Origin: a virus
Taxonomy: Duplodnaviria; Caudoviricetes
Virus record (IMG/VR): IMGVR_UViG_3300037467_000724
Span: 1-44,131 of that record
Length of the DNA stretch: 44,131 nt
Strand: one strand, 5' to 3'
Part shown: positions 16,982-26,612 of the stretch, piece after piece
Position numbering within the stretch: the stretch's first letter is position 1
Layout: each line of letters starts with the position of its first letter
Program-made: the position numbers and the translations under genes
Notes under the pieces: model-generated
What the model was told of the DNA's origin: nothing
Databases searched by the model: none
The model's input: only the letters and a program-made list of their open reading frames with translations

Positions 16982-17319
16982 CAGGTAACCACAACTCCGT
17001 CGATGGTCACTGTCTTGCCGTCAGGCAGATACAGGCCAGTCACATCCAGTTCCACACTGCCAGGCTCGGCGCTGACCGCGCGCACCTGCGTAACTTTGAA
17101 GCGCGGCTCCCAGCGCCGAATTGCGCGCACAGTGGCAGCGTACAGACGCAGCAAGGTGCCGCGATTCATCGGAGCATCAACCAGGCGAAACAGCTCGCTG
17201 CCGTAGTCGCGCCGCATCACGCGCGTTCCCACCGGTGTGGTGAGAATGTCGCGCAGCGATTGCCGAAGGTGATTGATCCCCTTCAGCGCGGTCCCGTCAG
17301 CCGCGTTGATGCCGTCCAT
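16981..17319 (-). CDS. Baseplate protein W (GPW/gp25 family)
   Basis: HLRQS..DILTTP.GTRVMRRDYGS...RWEPR. Confidence 0.95.
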   Translation of the reverse strand: MDGINAADGTALKGINHLRQSLRDILTTPVGTRVMRRDYGSELFRLVDAPMNRGTLLRLYAATVRAIRRWEPRFKVTQVRAVSAEPGSVELDVTGLYLPDGKTVTIDGVVVT

Positions 17320-17326
17320 GCGGTCG

Positions 17327-17370
17327 ATTCTCGGGCTCGCATGGCTTGGGTATCTTCTTGCGGGTTTTCC
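17327..17370 (-). promoter_or_regulatory. Late promoter box upstream of gpW-J-I-H
   Basis: - strand GGAAAACCCGCAAGAAG (17354-17370), 21 nt, then GAGAAT. Confidence 0.8.
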
Positions 17371-18062
17371 TAGCCGCTCGGCGTGCCGACGCTGCCGCCT
17401 TGCGGGTCGCTGTGCGTGTGCGTCTTCAGGCCGACACCATCGGCCGTCACGTTGCCGCTGGTCACTTGCACGTTGCCCGTGATCGACGCTGCAGACCCAG
17501 TGCCGCCAGAGCCGGACATGCCGCCCTGGTAGGTCAAGTGGCCCTGCACGATCTCATTGCCCTGCACCGTCACATTTCCGGTGAACGTCGATTGCGGCGA
17601 ATCCACCAGCAACATGGGCGTGGTCAGCGTGGCCTGGCCGTCTTCCAGCAGCAGAGTGGTGTCGCCAATGTGCAGCGTGATGCTGCCGCCGGCAGGAACG
17701 TCAAGATGCCAGTGGTGCCCATCGCGGTCATACTGCAAGTAGGCGTCATCCGCGTAATCGTCGCGGTGCGACGTCTTCAGGTTCGCGTTCTGGGGGTACG
17801 CATCCTGATAAAAAGAGTGCCCGACGATGCCCTGCGAAAGCTCGCCGCCAGGCGACATGACAACCACTTGCTCGCCGACTTCCGGCGCACTCCATGTCCG
17901 CACGCCAGGTCCTGCTCGGCGCTCGCCCCAGCGCAGCCAGTCCGTCACCAGCTCGCCCAAGTCAACCTTGACGAGCCCATTGGCCTCATCAATTTCGGCG
18001 ACGGCACCATATCGGATGATGTTCGCCAGGCGTCGATCCAGCTCGCCAAGTTCGTAGTTCAC
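17370..18062 (-). CDS. Baseplate spike protein V
   Basis: RRLANIIR.G.V, TDWL.W...RAG....W.AP.VGEQV, C-terminal LKTHTH (HxH). Confidence 0.95.
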   Translation of the reverse strand: MNYELGELDRRLANIIRYGAVAEIDEANGLVKVDLGELVTDWLRWGERRAGPGVRTWSAPEVGEQVVVMSPGGELSQGIVGHSFYQDAYPQNANLKTSHRDDYADDAYLQYDRDGHHWHLDVPAGGSITLHIGDTTLLLEDGQATLTTPMLLVDSPQSTFTGNVTVQGNEIVQGHLTYQGGMSGSGGTGSAASITGNVQVTSGNVTADGVGLKTHTHSDPQGGSVGTPSG

Positions 18063-18631
18063 GGCGCGCCCGTCACGTCAACATAATCGGGCTCATGCGA
18101 GCTTCCCACGTTTGGCACGAAGCTGGCCAGCACCTGCTCGGGGCGGGCCGGACCCGGCAACCATGGCGTTCCCTCGCCCAGCCAGATGTCCTGTGTCCAC
18201 TCCACGCGCCAAACCTCGTATTGATCCAGCTCGGGGCTGAAGTCGTCCTTGTAGCAGCCGGTGACCTTGATGGGGCCGTTCAGCACGTCGGGCCAGCGCG
18301 TTTGCTTGCGCAGAAACGCGGCGTAGGAGCCCGCCAAGGCGCGAATGGCTACCTTCGGGCTCGGCGTTGTGAACGGAATGCAGAACTGCGCTTCGAACCG
18401 TGCCGCCAACGCCTGCTGCTCTGTGCCAGGGTCGAATTCGGCAGCCTCCAGCTCGGAAAGCTCCAGCAAGCAGACGGCAGTAGGCTGGCCGCTGCCACCC
18501 ATGGGCGGCAACTTGCTGCGATCATCGCGGTAGAACTCGAATGCGATGCCGGCAAACGCCGTCGCGCTCGTTTCAACGATGGCTGCATGCAGCTCCGCCA
18601 GGTCCGTGCCCGCCAGTACGTCAACGCTCAT
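18059..18631 (-). CDS. Putative tail completion/terminator protein
   Basis: Position between neck genes and gpV; D.FSPELDQYEVWRVEW motif. Confidence 0.6.
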   Translation of the reverse strand: MSVDVLAGTDLAELHAAIVETSATAFAGIAFEFYRDDRSKLPPMGGSGQPTAVCLLELSELEAAEFDPGTEQQALAARFEAQFCIPFTTPSPKVAIRALAGSYAAFLRKQTRWPDVLNGPIKVTGCYKDDFSPELDQYEVWRVEWTQDIWLGEGTPWLPGPARPEQVLASFVPNVGSSHEPDYVDVTGAP

Positions 18632-19182
18632 TTTTCGCCAATCGAGTAGGTGACGCGCGCGCGCAGGTCGCGCTCAAAGTTGCGCCAGAACAGCGCCTCC
18701 GCCATCGGGAAGATTTCATCCTCGATGAACACGATGGCCTTGTCTTCCACTGCCAGATTCTGTTCAACGATGTGCAGGCGACTCCTGCCGGTTCGTTTAA
18801 ACACAGTCATGCGGCCCTTGACCTTGCTGCGCGCCACGAATGCGCCAGGGAACTGCTGGCCGCGCGCCTCCGCGCCTATGGCTGTTTCTTTCGGGCGGCC
18901 TTTGAACCAACTGGCCGGCATGTCGTTGATGCCGTACCAAAGCTGGAAGCCATCCACGCCAGTCTTGCGAATTCGCAGTGACTTCAGGCGCTTGCGAAGC
19001 AACCCGATGACGCGCAGCTGAAGTTTATTGGCCAGGCCGCGCGCCGACAGCACGCGCAGGGTTGTGGCGGTGCGGCCGGCCGCGCGCGACAGCGAGAGCT
19101 TCACCTGCTTGGGCGTGGCCTGCAGCTCGTCGGCCGCACCCGTCAGTCGGCTGGCATCGATCTCGAAGTGAAGCGCGCTCAT
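18628..19182 (-). CDS. Putative minor tail/neck protein (lambda gpZ-like)
   Basis: Basic 184-aa protein with PGAFVA...VFKR.G.SRL.I; position after the head-closure gene. Confidence 0.65.
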   Translation of the reverse strand: MSALHFEIDASRLTGAADELQATPKQVKLSLSRAAGRTATTLRVLSARGLANKLQLRVIGLLRKRLKSLRIRKTGVDGFQLWYGINDMPASWFKGRPKETAIGAEARGQQFPGAFVARSKVKGRMTVFKRTGRSRLHIVEQNLAVEDKAIVFIEDEIFPMAEALFWRNFERDLRARVTYSIGEK

Positions 19183-19185
19183 GGA

Positions 19186-19515
19186 TCACGGCTCGGTCAG
19201 CTCCAGCACCGCGATGCCGGTGCCGTCCAGATGCGGGTCTGTCATCACATTGAACGTCTTCGCGCCAACTGGCGCAGGGAACGTAATGGCGATGGTGTCA
19301 TAGCGGTGAACACCGCCCACCAGGTCTTCGCGGCAAGTGAACGAATGACGCTGACGATCCTGCTCAACGTCACCCAGAGTCGGGTTCACGTAGGGGCCGT
19401 CATAGAGGCCAGACAGGGAAACCGTGCCGCCTCCCTGGAGCGCGATGACCGCCGAAAAGGCGAAATCATCGTCGTCCAGGAATTCGTCCAGGTCTTCCCA
19501 GCTCGGCCCCGGCAC
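19186..19515 (-). CDS. Head-tail joining (head closure) protein
   Basis: DLDEFLD.DDFA...G.YD.PY...P..DGTG.AVL.L pattern and gene position. Confidence 0.7.
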   Translation of the reverse strand: MPGPSWEDLDEFLDDDDFAFSAVIALQGGGTVSLSGLYDGPYVNPTLGDVEQDRQRHSFTCREDLVGGVHRYDTIAITFPAPVGAKTFNVMTDPHLDGTGIAVLELTEP

Positions 19516-19519
19516 AGGA

Positions 19520-19897
19520 TTAGCTGGACTGCTTCGTGCCGATCAGCAGCACGCCGGCCGTAACGGCAGGCGTCGTGCCGCCAAGGTCGTTGAACACCTT
19601 CACGTACTGCTTGAGGTTGTCAGCGTTCAGGGTCAGCACCTGCAGGCTGGCACCCGCATTCGTCACCTGAGCGAACGCGCCGCCGGCCACGTCGGTATAG
19701 GTGCCGCCAGACGTGTCGCAGTGCGTCAGCTTCACATCGCTGGTGTTGTCGGCCGCCTCCGTGGCAGACGAATTCAGGATCACCTGGCAGACGCCCTGGA
19801 AGTCCGACACATCCACAGCGGCGCTGGTGTTGTCGGCGGTGATGCGCGCGCTGGCCTTCAGTGCGAGTTTGGACAGGCCGGAAAGGTTGCCGTTCAT
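19520..19897 (-). CDS. Hypothetical virion protein (possible capsid decoration)
   Basis: 125-aa Ala/Thr-rich beta protein downstream of the capsid gene; AAGGA RBS. Confidence 0.65.
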   Translation of the reverse strand: MNGNLSGLSKLALKASARITADNTSAAVDVSDFQGVCQVILNSSATEAADNTSDVKLTHCDTSGGTYTDVAGGAFAQVTNAGASLQVLTLNADNLKQYVKVFNDLGGTTPAVTAGVLLIGTKQSS

Positions 19898-19926
19898 AGT
19901 GTTGCGGTCCTTGGGTTGAAATCAGT

Positions 19927-20196
19927 TCAGGCGCGCTTGCGCTTCGTGGTCTTCTGCTCCGGTGCCTCGACGGGCTCCGAGTCGGGTTCGCTGGGCTCGT
20001 CGGGCTCCGGCTCAGGCTCCTGCTTCAGCTCGGGCTCCGGCGTGGCCGGCGCGACGACTTCGGCCAGCTTCGCCTTGCCGCGATGCAGCAGGTTCTTGGC
20101 CGTGGCCTCGTCCACCGTGACGCGGCTCTTGGCGACCTTGATTTCGCCGCCGATGGCCACAGCCGAAGTCAGTTCCAGTTCGTAGCTCTTTTCCAT
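19927..20196 (-). CDS. Hypothetical protein with Pro/Glu-rich tail
   Basis: Start moved to ATG 20196 (AAGGA RBS); 89 aa with EP repeats. Confidence 0.7.
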   Translation of the reverse strand: MEKSYELELTSAVAIGGEIKVAKSRVTVDEATAKNLLHRGKAKLAEVVAPATPEPELKQEPEPEPDEPSEPDSEPVEAPEQKTTKRKRA

Positions 20197-20239
20197 GCTC
20201 TCGTCCTTTTCAGAAGCAGCCTGATGCGGGCCGCTTTTG

Positions 20240-20264
20240 AAAAGGGCCGCCGCGAAGCGGCCCT
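20240..20264 (-). terminator. Intrinsic terminator after the capsid gene
   Basis: - strand AGGGCCGC-TTCGCG-GCGGCCCT followed by TTT. Confidence 0.75.
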
Positions 20265-20270
20265 GTTCGA

Positions 20271-22421
20271 TTACGCCACCGACGAGCTGCCCCAGCAGAT
20301 AGACTCCACGCGGCGCAGGTTGAAGTCCACGTCCTGGAACACCACGATGCGCAGGCCGCCGGACTTGGACAGGCTGTACGGGTCCACCGTCAGGTCCAAG
20401 CCGCCCCACATGCCGATGATGAGGTCAGCGAAGTTGCCGAAGAACACATCCGACGAATTCACCTGGTTGGTGATTTCGGTGCGGTAGCCGTTCACCGTGT
20501 TGCCGGGTTCCCAGATGGTGGATTCCGTGCCGGTGCCGAACTTCGGCGTGGTCTTGCACCAGCCGCGCACCACCGGGTTCATCACGTAGCCCATCTGGCC
20601 GATGTCGGCGTTGTCGGAGGCGATTTCCGTTTCCATCTTCACCAGCTCGGCGAAGGTGGGCTGCTTGTCGGCGGCGAAGTCCACACCGTTGATGCCGGTG
20701 TAGTTCTTGATGCCGCGCGGCTGCTTGTCGCTGCCGGAACCGTAGTAGCCGGCGTAGTCGATCTTCTGCGACAGGCCAATGGCCAGGTCGCGGCGCAGCA
20801 TGCCTTCAGCGTCCGGAGTGGACTGCATCATCAGGCGGCGCGTGATGTCGCTGTAGGCGGCAACCGTTTTCGGCGACATCGCGATCTGGCCGAGCGTGAA
20901 GCCGGTTTCCGTTGCGTCTTCGCCTTCACCCACCCAGTAGCCGGTGGTGCCGCCGGTTTGCTTCGGGATGTCGATGGTGCCCACCAGGCCGCCCAGAACG
21001 GTGCCCATGCGCATGATCGTCGTTTTGTTGCGCAGCAGGTCGATGAACGAACCCCACATTGTGGTGTTCGCCACCAGGGCCTGGCCAGGCATCGCCGTGG
21101 TGCTCATCGCGGCGCGCTCGGCGTTGGCTTGGCCGACGTGCGAGCGGGCCAGCACTTCCAGCGGAACGCAGATGCCGGCGGCTTCCTTGCCGTAGCGTTT
21201 GGCAGCGGCGGCCGACACTTCGAATTCGAAGGCCGCAGCCTCGCGTTCGGCACGGCTCGCGTTCGGTGCCAGAGCGCGGACAGCGCGCAGGAAGCTGAAG
21301 CGGCGAACCTCATCGTCCGACAGGCCCACGGTGGTGTCCAGCGACTGCTCCGAAAGCGGCTTGCTCGCGCGCTCGTTCATCGCGTCCAGCAGTTCGCGCT
21401 GGAGGTCTTCCGGCGACTTGCCTTCGTTGATGGCCTTCGCTGCGCGTGCGGCGGAGTCGGGGATGGCCCTCGCGTAGCGGTCGCCCATTTCCAGCAGCGT
21501 GCGCGTGCGCGTGCGCTCGGCGGCGCTGCCGCGCGTCATGTGCGCCTGCGCAGCTTCGTCGGCGCGCTCGATGGTCTCCAGCTCTTTGACGATCTTGCCT
21601 TCGTCGTCCACTTCCGCGCGGACCAGGTGGCCAGCGGCGTTGCGCACGTTTGCGATTTTCATATGCGAATGGTCCTTGGGTTGCGGTTCGGTCCGGCTTG
21701 CGGAATTCGGATGCTTGGAATTTTCCGTGCCGCTGTTGGGCTTTTCTTCTTGCGGGTTTTCCGCGCTACGGCCGACGCCCACGGTGATGTCCGCTGGGAC
21801 GCTGACGAACGAAACTTCGTAGGGCGTCCATTGGGTAATCAGCCACACCTCCACATCACCTTCGCGAACTTCGATCAGTCTGGCGTCATCGATTTTGTAG
21901 CCCACCGAAACGTGGCGCTTGATCTTGTCTTCCACGTCCACCAGCAGCTGCTCGCCGTCTGGATTGCGGCTGAAGCGCACCGTGGCACGGCCCTTGCCAT
22001 CGCTATCGATCCGTGCGGACTCGACAACGCCGCGCTGGTCGCTCCAGTTGTGGTCCCACAGCAGCGCCGCGCCGTCCTCCAGGCGGTCCATCCGAACCGC
22101 GCCGGGGCTGTGGTCCAGGATTTCCACACCGAACCAGCGCTGGACTTCAACGTCCGAGCTGAAGGCAATTTCAGCCGTGCGCGCCTCGCGGTTCACGCTG
22201 GAAACTTCGGTGGCGCGGCGCAAGTCCTTGCGCTCGCGCATTTCCGCCAGGCGCGTGTTCACCTGGTCCGCCGTGCGCTTGCTGGCGGACGGCATCACCT
22301 GGCTGGCGTCACGCGTCATGTGGCGGCCCACCAAACCGCGCTGCGCGGCCGTAGGCACCGGCTTCGCGGGTGCGGGTGCGGGCGTGGGTGCCGCGCTACG
22401 CGGCTGCTGCTTCTGTTCCAT
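20271..22421 (-). CDS. Prohead protease - major capsid protein fusion (HK97 fold)
   Basis: Start moved to ATG 22421. Protease motifs LLWDH, VSVGY, PYEVSFVSVPAD; capsid motifs IPKQT, YWVGEG, PKTVAA, FFGNF; single open frame of 716 aa. Confidence 0.93.
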   Translation of the reverse strand: MEQKQQPRSAAPTPAPAPAKPVPTAAQRGLVGRHMTRDASQVMPSASKRTADQVNTRLAEMRERKDLRRATEVSSVNREARTAEIAFSSDVEVQRWFGVEILDHSPGAVRMDRLEDGAALLWDHNWSDQRGVVESARIDSDGKGRATVRFSRNPDGEQLLVDVEDKIKRHVSVGYKIDDARLIEVREGDVEVWLITQWTPYEVSFVSVPADITVGVGRSAENPQEEKPNSGTENSKHPNSASRTEPQPKDHSHMKIANVRNAAGHLVRAEVDDEGKIVKELETIERADEAAQAHMTRGSAAERTRTRTLLEMGDRYARAIPDSAARAAKAINEGKSPEDLQRELLDAMNERASKPLSEQSLDTTVGLSDDEVRRFSFLRAVRALAPNASRAEREAAAFEFEVSAAAAKRYGKEAAGICVPLEVLARSHVGQANAERAAMSTTAMPGQALVANTTMWGSFIDLLRNKTTIMRMGTVLGGLVGTIDIPKQTGGTTGYWVGEGEDATETGFTLGQIAMSPKTVAAYSDITRRLMMQSTPDAEGMLRRDLAIGLSQKIDYAGYYGSGSDKQPRGIKNYTGINGVDFAADKQPTFAELVKMETEIASDNADIGQMGYVMNPVVRGWCKTTPKFGTGTESTIWEPGNTVNGYRTEITNQVNSSDVFFGNFADLIIGMWGGLDLTVDPYSLSKSGGLRIVVFQDVDFNLRRVESICWGSSSVA
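21720..21762 (-). promoter_or_regulatory. Late promoter box internal to the protease-capsid gene
   Basis: - strand GGAAAACCCGCAAGAAG (21746-21762), 20 nt, then GAAAAT; AAGGA and an in-frame ATG at 21662 lie downstream. Confidence 0.75.
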
Positions 22422-24003
22422 CTTTTGCTTTCGGTTCGGGCTTCGGCGGGGGCTGAACGCGCATGGCCTGCAGCACAAGTTCTTCGGCCTTGTCCTTCGG
22501 GAAACCTTCTACCACCAGCGCTTCAACTTGAGCGCGGAGGTCGCGTGCCGTCTGCACCCACACGGCTGACGGGTCAGCGCCTTGCTCGCGAACAATATCG
22601 CTGGGGGCCTTCAGGAAATTGTTTTTCCGATCCACGGCCGATTTCGTGTCGGCGTTCGGGTCGATCCAGTCCCAACGGCGGCCTTGCCAGTTGGCGGCGG
22701 CGGCGTACTTGTCGACCTTCAGAGTGTTCAGCGGGCGACCACTCGCGCCCTTGATCCGGCCGGCCAGCAGGCTGTAGGTGAGCCACGCGGAGAACACGCG
22801 CGCCACATCTTCGATCAGGTCTTCTTGCTCGTCTTTCCAGTGCTCGCGGCTATCCAGCGTGCCCTGGCGGATGCTGGAGAAGTTCACGCCCTCCAGGTCG
22901 TTGGCGAATTCGTTATAAGGCGTGCCGAAGCCGGCGCTGATGCCGCGCAGCAGGTGCTTGACGAACGGCCCCGTGTCACCGCTCGGAAATTGCGGGTTCC
23001 ATTCGGCCAGCTCGGCACCTTCTGGCAGCGTTTCGAACACGCCAGGCTCTGCCGTGATTTCCGGTACTTCCTCGTCTTCCTCCAGCTCGGGGCCAAAGCC
23101 GTCTTTCCACTGGACGAAGCCCATCTTGCTTGCACCCACGCGCGCATTCACGATCACGGCGTCTTCGAAGCCGTTCAGGTGGCGCATTCGAAACAGGCCA
23201 GTGGCCATGTGCGGCAGGCCGCGCTTCTGGCCCTCCATGTCTTCCGTGAAGCCGTGGATGATTTCCTCGGCAGGCACCCACTGCACGGGAATGGGACCAT
23301 AGAACTGCGTTTCCGCCTTCCCTTCGTCCATCACCGTGAAACCGTAGGCGAGCGGGCGGCCGTAGCGGTTGAATCGGATGCCATGACGGATGAACGAACC
23401 ATCCGTGCGCGGAGGCTCGTTCAGGTCCACGGGGCAGCGCTGAGGGTCAATCGTCTGCACCGCGAAGCCCCACGGCCCCGCATCGGCTCCGTACACCAGG
23501 CGCAGGAAGTATTCGCCGTCCTTGGCCTTCGTGCGGGCCATGGACTTGACCAGCCGCCGCCATGTGCGCTTTGCCGTCACATCGCAGTTTTCAGCCTTGC
23601 CCCAATCCCTCCACGCCGCCTCAACGCCATCGTTCACTTCGCTGTCCATGGAACCGTTGGCCTTCGTCAGCTGCATGTTCAGCAGCGGTCCATTCGGCCC
23701 CACCACGTTCTGCACGTACATGCGCAGGAACGCTTTCCCATAGTCGTTGTTGGCAGCCTGCTCGCGCGAACGCGCCACCAGCACGCGCTGGTTTCGCATC
23801 ACGATTTGATCGGCCGTCATCGGCGTGGACGGCCAGCTGGCGGTCAGGCGGTTGCTGTCAGCGGCTGCGAACAGCCCCGCACCCATGGTAGACAGCGAGC
23901 GCATGCGGCGCGGCATCGCGGGACGGCCCATGGTCGGTTCTGTGCGCTCGACCACCGCAGGGACGGCGGCCTGCTGGCGGCCGAAGATGGCGGGCCATTT
24001 CAT
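22396..24003 (-). CDS. Portal protein, lambda family
   Basis: Start moved to ATG 24003. L.ARSR....NNDY, NVVG..G, Q.RGLP, D...VNFSSIR.G, W.WIDP..D motifs. Confidence 0.95.
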   Translation of the reverse strand: MKWPAIFGRQQAAVPAVVERTEPTMGRPAMPRRMRSLSTMGAGLFAAADSNRLTASWPSTPMTADQIVMRNQRVLVARSREQAANNDYGKAFLRMYVQNVVGPNGPLLNMQLTKANGSMDSEVNDGVEAAWRDWGKAENCDVTAKRTWRRLVKSMARTKAKDGEYFLRLVYGADAGPWGFAVQTIDPQRCPVDLNEPPRTDGSFIRHGIRFNRYGRPLAYGFTVMDEGKAETQFYGPIPVQWVPAEEIIHGFTEDMEGQKRGLPHMATGLFRMRHLNGFEDAVIVNARVGASKMGFVQWKDGFGPELEEDEEVPEITAEPGVFETLPEGAELAEWNPQFPSGDTGPFVKHLLRGISAGFGTPYNEFANDLEGVNFSSIRQGTLDSREHWKDEQEDLIEDVARVFSAWLTYSLLAGRIKGASGRPLNTLKVDKYAAAANWQGRRWDWIDPNADTKSAVDRKNNFLKAPSDIVREQGADPSAVWVQTARDLRAQVEALVVEGFPKDKAEELVLQAMRVQPPPKPEPKAKDGTEAAAA

Positions 24004-24533
24004 AGACGCACCTGCACCGCAGGCCCCCACTTGGATTTTCCGCGCGCGGCGCGCTCTTCAGTGCGGACCAGTGCTTGGTAGTGCGCCTGCAGCTTCAGCA
24101 AATCACCGATGGGCGTTCGCCACAGCTCGCGGTTGTTGATCGTGTAGCGCTCCTGGTCGCGGCTCGCGCGCTTCTCCAGAACGGCGTTGATGGCGTCCAG
24201 CGTGCGGCGGTTCTGGCTACGCCCGTCGAAATCCTCGGAAACGGTGGCCAGATCAGGAGTGATTTCGAGTGTGCCGGCTTCCACCTGGCGCACATCGCCA
24301 CCCTTCGCGGCGCGAACGACGTAGCTGTATATGCCGGCCGCCCATTCGGACGTGTCGGAGGCATCAACGCTGAACTTGTGGCTAGACCCGTCAGCTGACG
24401 ATGTGAAATCGATTGCAGAGGGGCCGCGCAGGTACGCGGAGAGCGTCCAATCCGGCGCGGGGTAGTCGCACAGCGACACGCAACGCTCGAACGTCACGCC
24501 TGCTGGAATCTTCGGCGGCAGAATGTCTTTCAA
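24000..24533 (-). CDS. Head-tail adaptor (lambda gpW-like C-terminus with N-terminal beta domain)
   Basis: Between terL and portal; C-terminal LDAI.A.L....YTINNREL....DLLKL..HY. Confidence 0.7.
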   Translation of the reverse strand: MKDILPPKIPAGVTFERCVSLCDYPAPDWTLSAYLRGPSAIDFTSSADGSSHKFSVDASDTSEWAAGIYSYVVRAAKGGDVRQVEAGTLEITPDLATVSEDFDGRSQNRRTLDAINAVLEKRASRDQERYTINNRELWRTPIGDLLKLQAHYQALVRTEERAARGKSKWGPAVQVRL

Positions 24534-24539
24534 TGGCCT

Positions 24540-26612
24540 TCACCAATTCGTCACCCAGCTTTTCCGGCCGCTTGCGGACCGCTTTGGGCGCTTCTTCGGT
24601 GAATTGTTCGGCTGCGAGGTTTCGGAGGCTTCTTGCGGGTTTTCCGGCTTAGCCTCGCTCGCTGGCGGCGGTGCGGGTTGGGCCGGCGGCGCGGTTCGCA
24701 CCTTGCGTTTCATCTTCATGGCTGTTTCCTCGGGCTTGCTGTCTCCGTCAGCCCCCCAAAGGGGCACCTGGACGCCCAACCGCTCGGCAATCCGTTTAAA
24801 CGATGGAAGCATCAGCTTCATTGCCGCATACGCCAGCACGCGGCAGTCCAGTTTTTCGTTGCGGTCCTTGTCGTTCTTGTGCCACTCGCGCACGGCCTGC
24901 CCCTTCACGTAGCGGACCACCAGGCGTTCGGCGGTGAGCTGGGCGAAGAATTCCTTGTCGTGGCCCTCGTCCTTGGGAAAGTGGCAGTGACCAGGGCCAG
25001 GCTTGCGGCTGGCTAGGCGGCGCATCACCACCAGCTTGGCTTCGTCCACACCCACCAGACACAGGTCGGTGAGCTTGGATTTTTTCTTGCCGGTCTGCTT
25101 GCGGTGCGGCTTTTCGATGATGGGACGCCCCCAGCCTGGAGTGCCCTTGCTGCCGAAGATGCGGCGGCCGGTCTTGCCGCGCAGCCAGGCGTAGGCGGCG
25201 GCGGTCATGCCGCTGGTGCCGCCGGTGTCCACCATGGCCGCGCTGATGGGCAGGATGGCACCGGACTCATGGCGGTAGGTGTTCGCCAGCACGTCTTCCA
25301 GGTCCAGCCAGACTTCATCCAGCAACGGGTCGCCCCACAGGACGCCGGTATCAACGGACCAGGATTCCTCGCCGAAGCCCCACGCAACCACCTCGTATTC
25401 GAGTCGATCAATCTGCATGTCCACGCCGATGGACAGCCACAGGCCGCCCATGGGAACCGGCGCTGTCCACTCTTCGCGGTTCGCGTAGAGGGAATCCGGG
25501 TCGGCCTTATCGCCGGCTTCGTAGGGCCAGCCGAGCGACACGTTGACGAATGACTGGAGATCGTTAAGCGCCAGTTTGTCCAAGTACGATTGGACGATGT
25601 CCCGCAGACGGCGAAATGGCGAAGCCATTTCCGGTGCATGAACGCTGATGTGGCCCTTGAAAGGTTTGCTGGCAATCAGGCCGCCGCCTTGTGCCTTTGC
25701 CTGCCGAATTGCAGCGATGCGCTCGCCATCGTTCCACAATGTGCCGCACTCGGGATCATCGCAACGATACATGGCGCTTTCCGGGTCGTGCTCCGCGTCC
25801 TTCGCGGCGTCCAAGTCGGCGTCTTCGATGTTCTTGCTGCATCGGCCCCTCCAGTGGACGTTCTCCCATTTGAAATACTGCAGGTGCTGGCAATGCGGGC
25901 AACGCACGTAGTAGCGGCGCTGGTCGCCAGCCAGCCAGCCCTTGTGGATGCGGCTGGTCGCCATGTCCACTGGCGTGCTGCTGCGGAGGTCCAATCGCTC
26001 GTCGCCAAACGTTGCGGAGCGCTGCGCGAGCAACTCCAGGAAGTCGCCTTCCTGTGTTGCCTCCATGCCATCCACCTCGTCGGCCATCGTCACGGGTGCG
26101 CTTCGGCCGCGCGCTGTCTTCGGGCTCCCGCTCCAGGAGAACATCGCCCAACCGCCGGGGTATGACCAAATGCGCGAATTGAAAACCCCTTCACGGCTGC
26201 GCGGTTTTGCCAACCTAGAAGCGATGTTCGGATTTGCTTCCAGCATCGGCAGTAGCTTCGTCTGCTGGAACGTCATCACGTCCCCCTCGGAAGGCTGCGC
26301 CATGATTTGCGAGCGCGGTTCGTGCACGATGAAGTACGCGAACAGCGCCTGAAGAATTGTTGTCTTTCCCGTCTGTGCGGCCAACATGAGGTCCGCGCGG
26401 CGAACTCCTGGTGACCCAATGGCGTCAAGAATTTCGCGCTGCAGGGGGTTGTTGTCGAAATTTATTGGTCCGGGGATCGCATTTCCGACAGGAATAACGA
26501 TGTTCTTTTCCGCCCACACCGATGGCAGCATTTCCGGTGGTGGGATTAGGAAGGCGGCGGCGCGCCTGTCGGCCGCCAGTACGCCGTCGATGTTACCGAA
26601 CTCAGAACTCAT
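24540..26612 (-). CDS. terL: Terminase large subunit (lambda GpA family)
   Basis: AAQTGKT Walker A, ADEVD Walker [40 protein letters not shown]. Confidence 0.96.
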   Translation of the reverse strand: MSSEFGNIDGVLAADRRAAAFLIPPPEMLPSVWAEKNIVIPVGNAIPGPINFDNNPLQREILDAIGSPGVRRADLMLAAQTGKTTILQALFAYFIVHEPRSQIMAQPSEGDVMTFQQTKLLPMLEANPNIASRLAKPRSREGVFNSRIWSYPGGWAMFSWSGSPKTARGRSAPVTMADEVDGMEATQEGDFLELLAQRSATFGDERLDLRSSTPVDMATSRIHKGWLAGDQRRYYVRCPHCQHLQYFKWENVHWRGRCSKNIEDADLDAAKDAEHDPESAMYRCDDPECGTLWNDGERIAAIRQAKAQGGGLIASKPFKGHISVHAPEMASPFRRLRDIVQSYLDKLALNDLQSFVNVSLGWPYEAGDKADPDSLYANREEWTAPVPMGGLWLSIGVDMQIDRLEYEVVAWGFGEESWSVDTGVLWGDPLLDEVWLDLEDVLANTYRHESGAILPISAAMVDTGGTSGMTAAAYAWLRGKTGRRIFGSKGTPGWGRPIIEKPHRKQTGKKKSKLTDLCLVGVDEAKLVVMRRLASRKPGPGHCHFPKDEGHDKEFFAQLTAERLVVRYVKGQAVREWHKNDKDRNEKLDCRVLAYAAMKLMLPSFKRIAERLGVQVPLWGADGDSKPEETAMKMKRKVRTAPPAQPAPPPASEAKPENPQEASETSQPNNSPKKRPKRSASGRKSWVTNW
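24603..24645 (-). promoter_or_regulatory. Late promoter box in the 3' end of terL (for adaptor/portal genes)
   Basis: - strand GGAAAACCCGCAAGAAG (24629-24645), 20 nt, then AACAAT. Confidence 0.75.
24742..24757 (+). repeat. Dispersed 16-bp motif variant
   Basis: TCTCCGTCAGCCCCCC (2 mismatches). Confidence 0.65.

Noticed and set aside
19960-20050. Short GGCTC-rich DNA repeats
   Set aside because: Explained by EP/EPD low-complexity coding in the protein tail.
20958-24081. 598-aa and 499-aa + strand ORFs
   Set aside because: Antisense shadows of the capsid and portal genes.
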